DNA from: Octopus sinensis
Lineage: Eukaryota
NCBI RefSeq assembly: GCF_006345805.1
Contig: NC_043025.1
Coordinates: 2,170,001 to 2,234,000, forward strand
Length of the DNA stretch: 64,000 nt
Reading direction: 5' to 3'
Below the pieces are notes generated by a model. The model saw nothing but the letters and a program-made list of their open reading frames with translations, searched no databases and was not told the origin of the DNA. Below, piece by piece: positions 1-11,274 of the stretch. Within the stretch, counting starts at the first letter, position 1. Every line of letters begins with the position of its first letter. A program made the translations under genes and the position numbers.

Positions 1-579
1 GACAGTGCTTTAGTGTTCCCCACACTGTCATTTAACCGTTCGCTAAAAGTGACCAATAGATTAAGTAACAAGCCTACAAAAATGCGTGCAAGATTTGATA
101 CACTCGACTAATATCCTTCAAGATAATGTTCTGGCATAGCGGAGGAGTAATGAGTGAAATAAGTAAAGGAGAAGGATATTCATATATAACATGTATCAGT
201 GTAACACGTGTCAGTTAAATGACAGCATGATCTAACGTAGGACTTATTCAAATATTCAACCGAAAAAGCATATTTTACACCTTTGCTTGATTGTATTGCA
301 CCGTACGTTAATTATCTCATCTCATCAATACTTAGTGGGTCTTCTTAATCTTCTTTTCTTCTTCGTCTTTTTCATCTTCTTCTTTTTCTTTTTGTTCTTT
401 TTATCCTTCTTCTTCTTCTTCTTCTTCTTCTTCTTCTTCTTCTTCTTCTTCTATTCTTCTTCCTGTTCCTGTTTTGTCATGTGTCTTGTTATCGTCTGTT
501 TCATTTTAGACACCCATTATTCAATATGTGATCAAAAATCTTTTCATAACAACTGTTATCCGGTTCTTTATTTCTGCAG

Positions 580-651
580 ATATTTAAACGGAAATAATAT
601 TTCGAGCATTGAAGAAGGAAGTTTCCAGGGTCTTCCTAGATTACAGCTATT
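580..651 (+). CDS. LRR exon A1 (72 nt, phase 2-2): YLNGNNISSIEEGSFQGLPRLQL(L)
   Basis: ttctgcAG|ATATTTAAAC...CAGCTATT|GTaagt; 72 nt; matches typical LRR consensus xLxxNxIxxIxxxxFxxLxxLxxL. Confidence 0.93.
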
Positions 652-1109
652 GTAAGTCCGTTCGTTTTTTGTTGATACTGCATTATGAATCTTATTGTTT
701 CATACCATTACTCTCCTCCCGTCTCTCTTTTTATTGCTCTAACTTATATTCTCTCCCTATATTGGTTCAATATCTGTTTCAGTTATTTTTCTGTTACAGC
801 ATGTAGATGGAATGTGGGAAAATGTAAATACTTAGAATATAGTCACATATTTCTTTGTCTTTCAAAATGATACCAGCGTCGTTCACTGGTAATCTGCGTC
901 AATTTCCAACATACTCTTCCGCTGATGATATATTTATAAATATTTAATGGGCTCTTATTTTCCTTCTCTCGCCTCCTCCCCTTGAAACTAATATTCTCTC
1001 TTATCGTATTTGCGCTTGAATGTCATTGAATGTGGGAAAATGAGCGTAAATATGGGTGTAACTGCACAATACTCTATGCATAAGTGGATGTGTGTATGAC
1101 TGTATATGC

Positions 1110-1285
1110 TTATATGCGCAAGACTTCGTCTCCCGACATTCTGAGATCAATCTCCGCCGAGATGGCTTTGCCTTTCGCCCTTCCAGGGTCGATAAAATAA
1201 ATACCAGCTGAAAACTTGGGTTGTTGTAATCGACACATTCCCTCTACCCAAATGGTTGCAGTTGTGGAACAATTTGAAACAGTTA
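1110..1285 (+). mobile_element. degenerate SINE fragment (family also at 57583-57950)
   Basis: ttctgagatcaatctccgccgagatggctttgcctttc...gggtcgataaaataaatacc resembles ttctgagttcaaattccgccgagaccgactttgcctttcagggtcgataaattaagta at about 57815-57872. Confidence 0.55.
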
Positions 1286-1345
1286 TCATATCTCTTTGCA
1301 AATAGTTTGTATATCAATATTTATTGTATTTCGTGTCTATTATAG

Positions 1346-1417
1346 ATCTATTCATGGAAATAATATTTCGCATATAGAAAAAGGGATATTCCAAGATCTT
1401 CCGAGTTTAAAGGAATT
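1346..1417 (+). CDS. LRR exon B1: SIHGNNISHIEKGIFQDLPSLKE(L)
   Basis: tatAG|ATCTATTCAT...GGAATT|GTaagt; 72 nt, open frame. Confidence 0.92.
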
Positions 1418-2186
1418 GTAAGTCAATTTATTTTTCTTAATACAACTTTATGAAAATAATATTGCTATAAATTTATTGTCATTTCGTTTCTGTTTCATGC
1501 CCTATTCTTTGGACTTTTACTCATTTTTTCTCCATATATTTGAGTTATGTTGCTTTGTTTGTGTATGAGGAAGAGTACAACTGGGATTTTACATGTTTGC
1601 ATGAAAGCATATTAATAGAAATTTTGTATGTATATGTTCATATGTATATATATGAATTAGGCAAATCGAACAGGGAAAAACATAAACCAAAAAATAAAAA
1701 TAAAAATAATTAATATATTATACAAAATATATAAAATTTTAAAATTTAAATTATTTAAATTTAAAATTATTAATTTATATTTATAAATTTTTATAAATTT
1801 TTTTTTTTTACGTATATATATATATATATATTTTAAATATTCTATATAAATACTGATTGTTATGTAATGATTCAGTTATCAAAGTTAAGTATATAATTAC
1901 TAGATTTTAACTCTACGTTTATTTCTAAGACTTTATTTAGCCAAATAGATATATAGATCGTTAATAGTAATACGATTTTTTTTAAAGTTAGGTTTCATGT
2001 CTATACATTTATTGATAGCATAAATATTAGTCTTTAATCACTATATTTGTTGATAGTTATTTAGTTGTTATTTTTAAATATTTTATAATTATTAGATTTG
2101 TACTTAAATCTAATATATGAATAACGATTTTTAGTTAAATAATTTAGCAATTAACTTTTTGAACTATAACTGAGTTTAGGATATTT

Positions 2187-3480
2187 GTGAGTTTATTATG
2201 TTTTTTTAAGCTATTTTATATATTCATAAATATCTCTAATAGTTGACTTTGTTCTATTATAGTTTATATATAGCTATTTTCAATTGAAAATTTGTAGTAG
2301 TATTTTTCATTTATAAATATATTCGTAGTAATTATTGGATACTATATAACTACGGATTGATAATTTCATTGTATAAGTATTTAGTTGTTGAAGACATTAG
2401 TTCATTATTAGTTCATAACTATACGGGTTTTGTAAGTTATTAATTAGCCAACGAGTTATATGGATGGTTAAATACTTATAGGGTCTTTTAAGATTGTTTA
2501 TTTGTTTAAAATCTGCTTTTTCATCTTAATCTTTTCATTTTTAATATATTTCATAAGTAATAATGAATAATTAATTTATTTAGTTTTTATTATAGGTATA
2601 TATATTATTGATAGAGATAATTTTAGATCTTAATTCTTATATTTATATATATATTTATATATTTATATATATTTATTGATAATTTAGTTATTATTCAAAT
2701 ATTTTGTAATTATTTGATTTGAACTTAAATTTAATAATATGAATAGTCATTATTTTTTGATTATTTTTTTGTTACATAATTAGCTAATTAGATATTGACT
2801 ATAACTGAGATTAGGTTATTCGTGAGTTTATTATGTTTTTTTAAGCTATTTTATATATTCATAAATATCTCTAATAGTTGACTTTGTTCTATTATAGTTT
2901 ATATATAGCTATTTTCAATTGAAAATTTGTAGTAGTATTTTTCATTTATAAATATATTCGTAGTAATTATTGGATACTATATAACTACGGATTGATAATT
3001 TCATTGTATAAGTATTTAGTTGTTGAAGACATTAGTTCATTATTAGTTCATAACTATACGGGTTTTGTAAGTTATTAATTAGCCAACGAGTTATATGGAT
3101 GGTTAAATACTTATAGGGTTCTTTTAAGATTGTTTATTTGTTTAAAATCTGCTTTTTCATCTTTAATCTTTTCATTTTTAATATATTTCATAAGTAATAA
3201 TGAATAATTAATTTATTTAGTTTTTATTATAGGTATATATATTTATTGATAGAGATAATTTTAGATCTTAATTCTTATATTTATATATATATTTATATAT
3301 TTATATATATTTATTGATAATTTAGTTATTATTCAAATATTTTGTAATTATTTGATTTGAACTTAAATTTAATAATATGAATAGTCATTATTTTTTGATT
3401 ATTTTTTTGTTACATAATTAGCTAATTAGATATTGACTATAACTGAGATTAGGTTATTCGTGAGTTTATTATGTTTTTTT
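2187..3480 (+). repeat. near-identical tandem duplication, unit about 635-638 bp
   Basis: gtgagtttattatgttttttt starts at 2187, 2822 and 3460; the two intervening units are nearly identical. Confidence 0.9.
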
Positions 3481-3870
3481 AAAGCCGTATTATATCTGAA
3501 TAGATAAACACATTTTCTATGTATTATTACCTTAAAAATTAATATTCAACATTATAATTGGATTGCATGACATAACCTTAATCCTTAAAGTTTCTAGTTT
3601 GATAATAGAGTTTTTTATAAGAAAAATTATTATTTTATTTATTTATTAAAAAATATTGTTTAAATATATTTGCTTATTTATTTAACTATTATCATTAACC
3701 TGAAGATTGTCTATGACCATAGTTCGAAATATTAATTGAATTAAAATTATTGTAATTCGAATTAGGTAATGGGCATGAAACGTACGTAGTGGTTTAACTT
3801 TTTATCTTATATTAAATATTTTAATATTTTTTGATAGTTATATTTAAAAAAAAAATATATATATATATAA

Positions 3871-4261
3871 GGCGCAGGAGTGGCTGTGTGGTACGTAGCT
3901 TGCTAACCAACCACACGGTTCCGGGTTCAGTCCCACTGCGTGGCATCTTGGGCAGGTGTCTTCTGCTATAGCCCCGGGCTCACCAATGCCTTATGAGTGG
4001 ATTTGGTAGACGGAAACTGAAAGAAGCCTGTCGTGTATATATGTATATACATATATGTGTTTTTGTGTCTGTGTTTGTCCCCCTAGCATTGCTTGACAAC
4101 CGATGTTGGTGTGTTTATATCCCCGTCACTTAGCGGTTCGGCAAAAAGAGACCGATAGAATAAGTACTGGGCTTACAAAGAATATGTCCCGGGGTCGATT
4201 TGCTCGACTAAAGACGGTGCTCCAGCATGGCTGCAGTCAAATAACAGGAACAAGTAAAAGA

Positions 4262-4264
<3 letters not shown>
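3871..4264 (+). mobile_element. tRNA-derived SINE (GGCGCAGGAGTGGCTGTGTGG family)
   Basis: A-box-like TGGCTGTGTGG, B-box-like GGTTCAGTCCC, internal (TA/TG)n, 3' end GAAACAAGTAAAAGAG-like; inserted in (TA)n; copies at 5448-5813 and 22894-23271. Confidence 0.85.
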
Positions 4265-4297
<33 letters not shown>

Positions 4298-4531
4298 AAA
4301 ATTATAAATATAAATTAATAATTTTAAATTTAAATAATTTAAATTTCTAAATATTATATTTCATATATTTTGTATATTATATTAATTATTTTTATTTTTA
4401 TGTTTTCGTTTATGTTTTTCACTGTTTGATTTGCCTAAGAGTGGTTGTATCTCTAATTTAATTATATTTAAACTGTGAAATTAGATTTAATCCTAAATCT
4501 AATTTTTCCCAGTAAGTTTGAATTTACTCCC

Positions 4532-4601
<70 letters not shown>

Positions 4602-4799
4602 ATATTATATAATATATATATATATATATATTATATAATATATTACAAATATCAGGAAATCAATATTAGAAAATTCTCCAGAAAGATATATACGTGTGTA
4701 AAATAATTGTTGTATTAAAAATATAAATATATGTAAATATGTATAAGCATAAATATATAATAATGATATTTTAAAAGTTTCGAATTAAGTTTTTAAAGC

Positions 4800-4889
4800 A
4801 TCTTACGATCGTTTCGCAGAAGTGCTTTCCCTATAATGGAATCCTATATTGACAAGCATTTATAGACAACTCTTCTGCTCTTCAGAGAT
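4800..4889 (-). ncRNA. type I hammerhead ribozyme motif with intact core
   Basis: minus strand: AUCU-CUGAAGA-GCAGAAG-(loop)-CUUCUGC-GAAA-CGAUCG-UA-AGAU; stems I and II pair perfectly, palindromic minimal stem III, GUA cleavage triplet. Confidence 0.75.
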
Positions 4890-5287
4890 ATAAAATGTGA
4901 AATTTATATAATTTATCGAATGTTAGTTTTTTTAAATATAAAGTAATATAAGAAAATGGGGGTTTGTTTGAATTATAAAATAAAATTTAAAATTACTGCT
5001 TTTGATTTTGGTAAGTACGCTTTAGTATGAGAGTCTTTAAATTCATATACGCTTATGTGTAAATATTATGTGTAAATAATCCATGTGTAATTATTATGGA
5101 TTATTACAGAATTACCAAGGAAGCATATATGGATTTAAAGAAACTCATACTAACGTCTACTTACCAAAATCAAAAGCAGTAATTTTTAATTTTATTTTAT
5201 ATTTTCAAACAAATACCATTTTCATATAATACTTTATATTTAAAAAAAAAATAACATTTGATAAATTATACAAATATCACATTTCAT

Positions 5288-5377
5288 ATCTCTGAAGAGC
5301 AGAAGAGTTGTCTATAAATGCTTGTCAATATAGAATTCCATTATAGGGAAAGCACTTCTGCAAAACGATCGCAAGAT
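5288..5377 (+). ncRNA. mutated hammerhead copy in the opposite palindrome arm
   Basis: ATCT-CTGAAGA-GCAGAAG...CTTCTGC-AAAA-CGATCG-CA-AGAT; core substitutions GAAA>AAAA and UA>CA. Confidence 0.6.
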
Positions 5378-5447
5378 GCTTCAAAAACTTAATTCGAAAC
5401 TTTTAAAATGTCATTATTATATATTTATACTTATACATATTTACATA

Positions 5448-5813
5448 TACTCTTTTACTTGTTTCAGTCATTTGACTGCGGCCATGCTGGAGCACCACCT
5501 TTTAGTACTTATTCTATCGGTCTCTTTTTGCCGAACTGATAAGTGACGGGGACGTAAACACACCAGCATCGGTTGTCAAGCAATGCTAGGGGGACAGACA
5601 CACAAACACACACATACATACAAACATATATATATATATATACATATATACGACAGGCTTCTTTCAGTTTCCGTCTACCAAATCCACTCACAAGGCATTG
5701 GTCGGCCCGGGGGTATAGCAGAAGACACTCGCCCAAGATGCCACGCAGTGGGACTGAACCCGCAACCGTGTGGTTGGTTAGCAAGCTACTTACCACACAG
5801 CCACTCCTTCGCC
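5448..5813 (-). mobile_element. tRNA-derived SINE, same family as 3871-4264, inverted
   Basis: reverse complement of the 3871 copy (ccacacagccactcc...gcc at the right end; ctcttttacttgtttcagtcatttgactgcggccatgctggagcacc at the left end). Confidence 0.85.
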
Positions 5814-5944
5814 TATATTTATATTTATATTTTTAATACAATATATTTATATTTATATTTTTAATACAACAATTATTTTAAACGCGTACCCATCTTTCTG
5901 AAGAATTTTCTAATATTAATTTCCTGATATTAATAATAATATAT

Positions 5945-5975
<31 letters not shown>

Positions 5976-6181
5976 ATATATATATATATATATAGGAACA
6001 AAGCAACAAGAATGGATCAATATTCCCGAAATATTGATCCATTCTTGTTGCTATTTTCCTATTTATAATCACCCCACTTTGTCGTATGGTTAATACCATA
6101 TAGATTTCTAGTGCATCCAAGTTAAGTACCATATTCATGTGAATTCAACAGAACTCACTTGAATCTTAATTGCTTGTACCG

Positions 6182-6214
<33 letters not shown>

Positions 6215-6221
6215 ATATATG

Positions 6222-6252
<31 letters not shown>

Positions 6253-6699
6253 ATATATATATATAATCGCTCGTATTAATTGCATAAATGCTTTAACAGT
6301 ATTAATACTTTAATACAATAGAGCACTCAATATAAATTCAGTATGTAATATTCTCATTGAATATATTTATATATATGTTCCTATGTATATATGATTGACT
6401 ATAAAATTTGTATCCATGTTTTACCTCCTCCTTCATTATTCATTTCCGCCTTGAATTTTGTTTCTCCTCTCGTTGTTTACTCTGTTCTCTTCCTCCAAAT
6501 TTTTCTATTTATCTCCAATTTCTATATTCCTTTTAGTTTCATTTTTACCCAATACAACCTGTGTACGTCGAAGTCTCTTATATAAGTACTTATAATATAG
6601 TCACCTTTTCGTTTCTCTTTGTAAACGTCATCAGCTTTCAGCACTCGCAATTTGCATCTAATCAATCATATTTCACTTCTGATGCACTTCTCAATATTT

Positions 6700-7106
6700 C
6701 ATATTTATTCCATATTGTTCTTGTTCTTGTTCTTGTTCTTCTTCTACTTCTTATCCTGTTGTTGCTGCTTCTTGTTGTTCGTCTCTTACTGCTATGTGAA
6801 CTTGGTTTCTTGTTGTTGTTGCGGTTGTTGTTCTCGTTGTTGTAGTCGTTCTGTATTTTTAGGATTTCCATCAACATTCGCATTCCTCTCTTTCATTTTC
6901 TTCTCTTTTTTCTCCTTTTTCTACTTTATCATATTTTTCTCCCACTTGATTTTATTCTTCATTTTAATCTTCTTCTCCCCTCCTCCTTCTCTTCTCTATA
7001 TTTTCTTGTACTTGTTCTTCTACTTCTTTATCTCCTACACTTCGTCCTTTTCATCTACTCTAGCGTGCATTTCTATTCTCATTGTACCCCTTTAATCCAC
7101 TTCATC

Positions 7107-7138
<32 letters not shown>

Positions 7139-8800
7139 CATTATCATCATCATCATCATCTTCATCTTCTTCTTTATCTTTTTTTTACATTTTATTTCTT
7201 TTTTGCTACTTCTTGTCTTTTTTCTGCTTCTTGTTCGTTTTCTTCTCGTCCTTCCTCTTCTTCCTCTCCATCTTCTTCCGCGTTTTCCTTCTCGTCTCTT
7301 AATGCTATGTGTTTTGTTGTGGTTCTTCCTGTTCTCGTTGCTTTGTAGTTTTCCTTGTTGTTGTTGTCTTTGTTGTTGTTGTTCTCCTGTATTTTCATGA
7401 GTTTCGTTTACCTCCCTTTTATATTCTTCTATTTCTTCTTTTTTCTCTTCTCTTTCTCTTCTTTTTTCAATTTATTCACGTTTTTCTCCCACTTGATTTT
7501 ATTCTTCATTTCAATCTTCCCCTTCTTCGCCCTCTCACTTCTCCTCTTCTTCTTTTTCTTCTTATCTCTTTCCTTTTCTTTTGTCTTTCCTTTCCCTGTT
7601 TGCAGTTCTTGTTTCTCTTCATTTTCTTCTTCTACATCGTTTTCACATTCTGCTTCTTTTTCCCGTCTTCTTTATTTCTTATACGTCTTCATCTTTTTCT
7701 TCATTTTGTGTTTGTTCTTTTTCCCTCCCCCTCAGCCTTCTTCTTCTCCTTCTCCTCCTCATGCGATTTCAAATAATTCTTTTTTTACCTATTTTTCTTC
7801 TTTTCTTCCTTCTTCATCTTGCTCTTCTTGGTCTTTTTAGTTTACTTCTACTTCATCTTTTCTTCAATCCTTCTGTTTCTTCTTCATCTTGTTTTCCTTC
7901 CTCTTGTTTTACTCTTCTTTTCATCTTCCTCTTCTTTTTCTTGATTCCTCCTCTTCGTCTGCTTCTTCTTTTGCTTCGTATTCTTTGTGTCATTCTCCTT
8001 TGGCCTTTTCTTCACTTCTTTTACTTGGTCGTCTTTTTCTTCTTCTTCGTGTTCTTGTTCTTCAATATCTTTCCTTTAATCCACTTTCCATTGTTTTTCT
8101 ACTTCTTGTTCTTTTTTCATCTACTTCTCTCTTTTTCTTCTTTTAGATCGTCCTTTTCTTTTTATTTTAGTTGTTCTTCATTTTCTTGACTTTCTTGTTG
8201 TGTCCCTCCATCTGCTTTTCGTTCTTGGCTTTCATCACTTTCTTCTTTTCCTTCTTTTCTTGTTCCCTTTTTGCCTGCTTCATCATCAACATCATTATCC
8301 TTATCTTACTATTCTACATCTTTTGCTACTTTTTCCTCTACCTCCGCCTTCATCTTACACGTCTTTTTGTTTTTCTTCTACTTCCGTTTCTTCTTCGTCT
8401 TGTTTTTCTTCTTTCTCGCCTTCGTTTTCTTTCATTTGTTTTTCTCCTAATTTTCCTTCGTTTTTTAATAATATTTACTGCTTATTTTTCTCCTTCTTTT
8501 TCTCATTCGTATTCATTGTCTTTTCTTCTGTCTTCCTATTTATGTCGAATTGTTGTTAAATATTTCCTTCTTCTTTGTCTTCCTATTCTCATTGTACATA
8601 TACTTTTTGTTCTTTTTCTTTTTCCTTGTATTTATTCATCTTCTTTACTTCCTCCTTGTTTACTTCATCGACCTCATTTTCACTTCTTGTTCTTCTTTCT
8701 CTCCTCCCTTTACTTCTTGATCTTATCTTCCTTCCTTTCCTTCTTGTTTAACACAATCTGTGTTGTCATCTTTTCCTCTATTTCAGACACCCTTTATTTA
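6700..8800 (+). repeat. long degenerate pyrimidine-rich (TTC/CTT/TTG/CAT)n tract upstream of exon C1
   Basis: direct reading; similar sense-strand tracts at about 340-470, 9240-10290, 24060-24880, 36080-36770, 41380-41930, 49690-50250, 53320-53830, 58990-59470. Confidence 0.85.
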
Positions 8801-8852
8801 ACGTTTCTCCAATATTTTCTATAACTTCTATTGTTGTTCTTTACTTCTACAG

Positions 8853-8924
8853 ATATCTTCACAGAAATAATATTTCGAGCATTGAAGAAGGAAGCTTTTA
8901 CGCCCTTCCTAGACTACAAATATT
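8853..8924 (+). CDS. LRR exon C1: YLHRNNISSIEEGSFYALPRLQI(L)
   Basis: tacAG|ATATCTTCAC...AATATT|GTaagt; 72 nt, open frame. Confidence 0.92.
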
Positions 8925-10368
8925 GTAAGTTGGTTCAATTTTGTTGGGAAATATTATGACTGTATACGAGTGAAATTTGACTGGAGGTCACCGCTGGTGT
9001 AATCTTGTGGTTGCTTGTAGTGTTAGAGGCAAAGTGCAACAGGGTTTCCTAGAATATAAAAATGTGGGAGATATCTCCCTAAAGGGGAGAGAATGACTGT
9101 GATGGAGAATTTTTTTTACATATTTTGTTATGCTTTCGTATAATTCATTCTCTTCTTATTTTCTTTCTTGCAAGTAGATGAAGATGAATTTGGAATTCAT
9201 TTAATTTTCAGGTGGTGAATGATCAATGCACTGCAACTTATTCTTCCTCGTTTACTTCTATTTTTATTTCCCGTTTACTCTTTCTTCTTCTACTACTACT
9301 ACTTCTCCTCTTCTCCTTCTTCATATTCTTCATCTGAATCTTTTACCATTTCTTGTCTTCTCTCTACTTCGTATTCCTCCTTTCATTCTTTGTTCTTCAT
9401 GTCTTTTTCTTCCTCGTTTACTTCCCTGTATATTGTTTCTTCTTCTCCTTCTTTATCTTCTTCTTTTTCATTTTTTACCTTGACTTCTCTTTTCTCTACT
9501 TATTATTCTTCGTCTCTTTCTTCTTTTTGATCTTTTTCTTCTTTCACTTATTTTTTTTCCTCCTTTCTATTTCTGCATCTCCTTCATCATCCTCTTTATC
9601 ATCACCGTCTTCTTGTCGTCTTCTTCTTTTCTATTTCTTCTTCTACTTCAACTTTTTCTTCGTCTTGATTTTCTTCTCCTTTTTCATATTGTTCCTCTTT
9701 TGCATCCTTTTTCTCCTATTTTTTTTGTTCTCGTTCTTCTTCTTCTTCATTCACCTTCTTCTCCCCTTCTTCTTCTTCGTCTTCTTTTTCATCTGCTTCT
9801 CTAAGATGGTTTCACCTTTCATTCGAGTCTTACTCGACTCGTTTTCTTCCTCTTCTTTTCTTTGTTCTTCATTTCATCTTTTCTGCTTCTTTTTCTTCAT
9901 TTTTTCCTTCTTCTGGTCTTCTTCTACATCCATTTACTATTTCTACATCATTTTCTTTCATTTCTTGTTTTCTCTCTTCTCATTTTTCTTTTCCTTTTCT
10001 TCTTTGTTTTCTGCTTTTCCTTGATCATCTTGATCATCGTTTTCTTCTTTTTCCTCCTCGCCCTTTTCTCTTTTTTGTCTTGTTCTCCTTGGCCTTCCAT
10101 TTGTTTTCCCCTACTTTTCTTCTTCCTTTTCTTCTTTTACTTCTTGATTTTCCGTTCACCATCTTCGATATTACCATCAGTTTCTGATTCTGTATCACCT
10201 CTTTCAACCTCCTCCTCCTCCTCCTCCTCCTCATCATCATCATCATCAACTTCAGGGTCTCCTCTTTCATTCTCCTGTGTTCTTCATCTGGTTTTATGAT
10301 TGAATGCTGAATATTTTATCAGACATCTTTCATTTACTCTTTCCGTTATACATTGTTTTATATTGCAG

Positions 10369-10440
10369 ATATTTGAGGAATAATACAATCAAGAAAATCG
10401 ATCCCGGAATCTTCTACAATCTTACCAATTTACAGTTATT
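10369..10440 (+). CDS. LRR exon D1: YLRNNTIKKIDPGIFYNLTNLQL(L)
   Basis: tgcAG|ATATTTGAGG...GTTATT|GTaagt; 72 nt, open frame. Confidence 0.92.
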
Positions 10441-10728
10441 GTAAGTTCAATATTTTGATAATATTTTATTAACGTAATGTCTCTCGAAATTATATCTTCT
10501 TTTTCTCACATTCTCTGTCTGTCTGTCTCTGTCTGTCTCTCTCTCTCTCTCTATCTTCTGTCTAGGTTATTTCCGACATTTAGTGTATGTCACTATGATT
10601 TTTTCTGAGAATATGTAAATTCGTATTTCTGTGTGTGTAAGTCTATGCTCGTATATGTTGATATGTCTCTGTATGGGTAAGAAAAATCATATTTTTTACA
10701 CAAGTATGAAAATGAAGTGTATATATAT

Positions 10729-10761
<33 letters not shown>

Positions 10762-10848
10762 GCGTGTATATATATATATATTATATATATATGCGTGTAT
10801 ATATATATGCGTGTGTGTGTATATATATGTATATATATATATATATAT

Positions 10849-10968
<120 letters not shown>

Positions 10969-11274
10969 CTTTCTTTTATTAGCCACACAGGGCTGAATAC
11001 AGAGGGGACAAATACAAATGCAGAGCTTTTCTTTTCGAGGGTGGAAAAAAAAGAAAATAAATGTAAGATTGCGATCAAAAGGGATCGAGAGGAGGAAAAA
11101 AAAAGGAAAAAAAAAGGAAATCGTGTATCACAGAAATAATGATATAAACATTGATATAACAAGATTGGGTTCATCCGTGGGAAGAAAAGCCTACAGAAAA
11201 GACCACGGGAACCCCAGACAGGGAGGAAATAACCACATGAGATCAAAATGCTCTCTTTCTTTCTTTTTTACGAT

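Larger units (their letters stand above)
1657..4438. mobile_element. AT-rich non-coding element bounded by roughly 140-bp imperfect inverted repeats (1657-~1795 and ~4298-4438), probably Penelope-like pLTR derived
   Basis: ttaggcaaatcgaacagggaaaaacataaac at 1657 is the reverse complement of gtttatgtttttcactgtttgatttgcctaa ending at 4438; a degenerate hammerhead motif lies inside (3695-3797). Confidence 0.6.
4641..5935. repeat. long imperfect palindrome (arms about 440 bp, centre near 5090), right arm interrupted by a SINE; inverted Penelope-like pLTR pair
   Basis: e.g. attactgcttttgattttggtaagta (about 4992-5017) vs tacttaccaaaatcaaaagcagtaat (about 5158-5183); atatcaggaaat at the left end vs atttcctgatat at the right end. 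Confidence 0.88.

Noticed and set aside
6391-10299. Many F/L/S-rich or K/E/R-rich ORFs that look like membrane proteins (also near 24 kb, 36 kb, 41 kb, 49-50 kb, 53 kb, 59 kb, 62-63 kb)
   Set aside because: By-products of (TTC)n-type microsatellites; only the final 24 codons of a few (e.g. 287-655, 36404-36949, 49591-50439, 57068-57352, 59344-59652) are real LRR exons.
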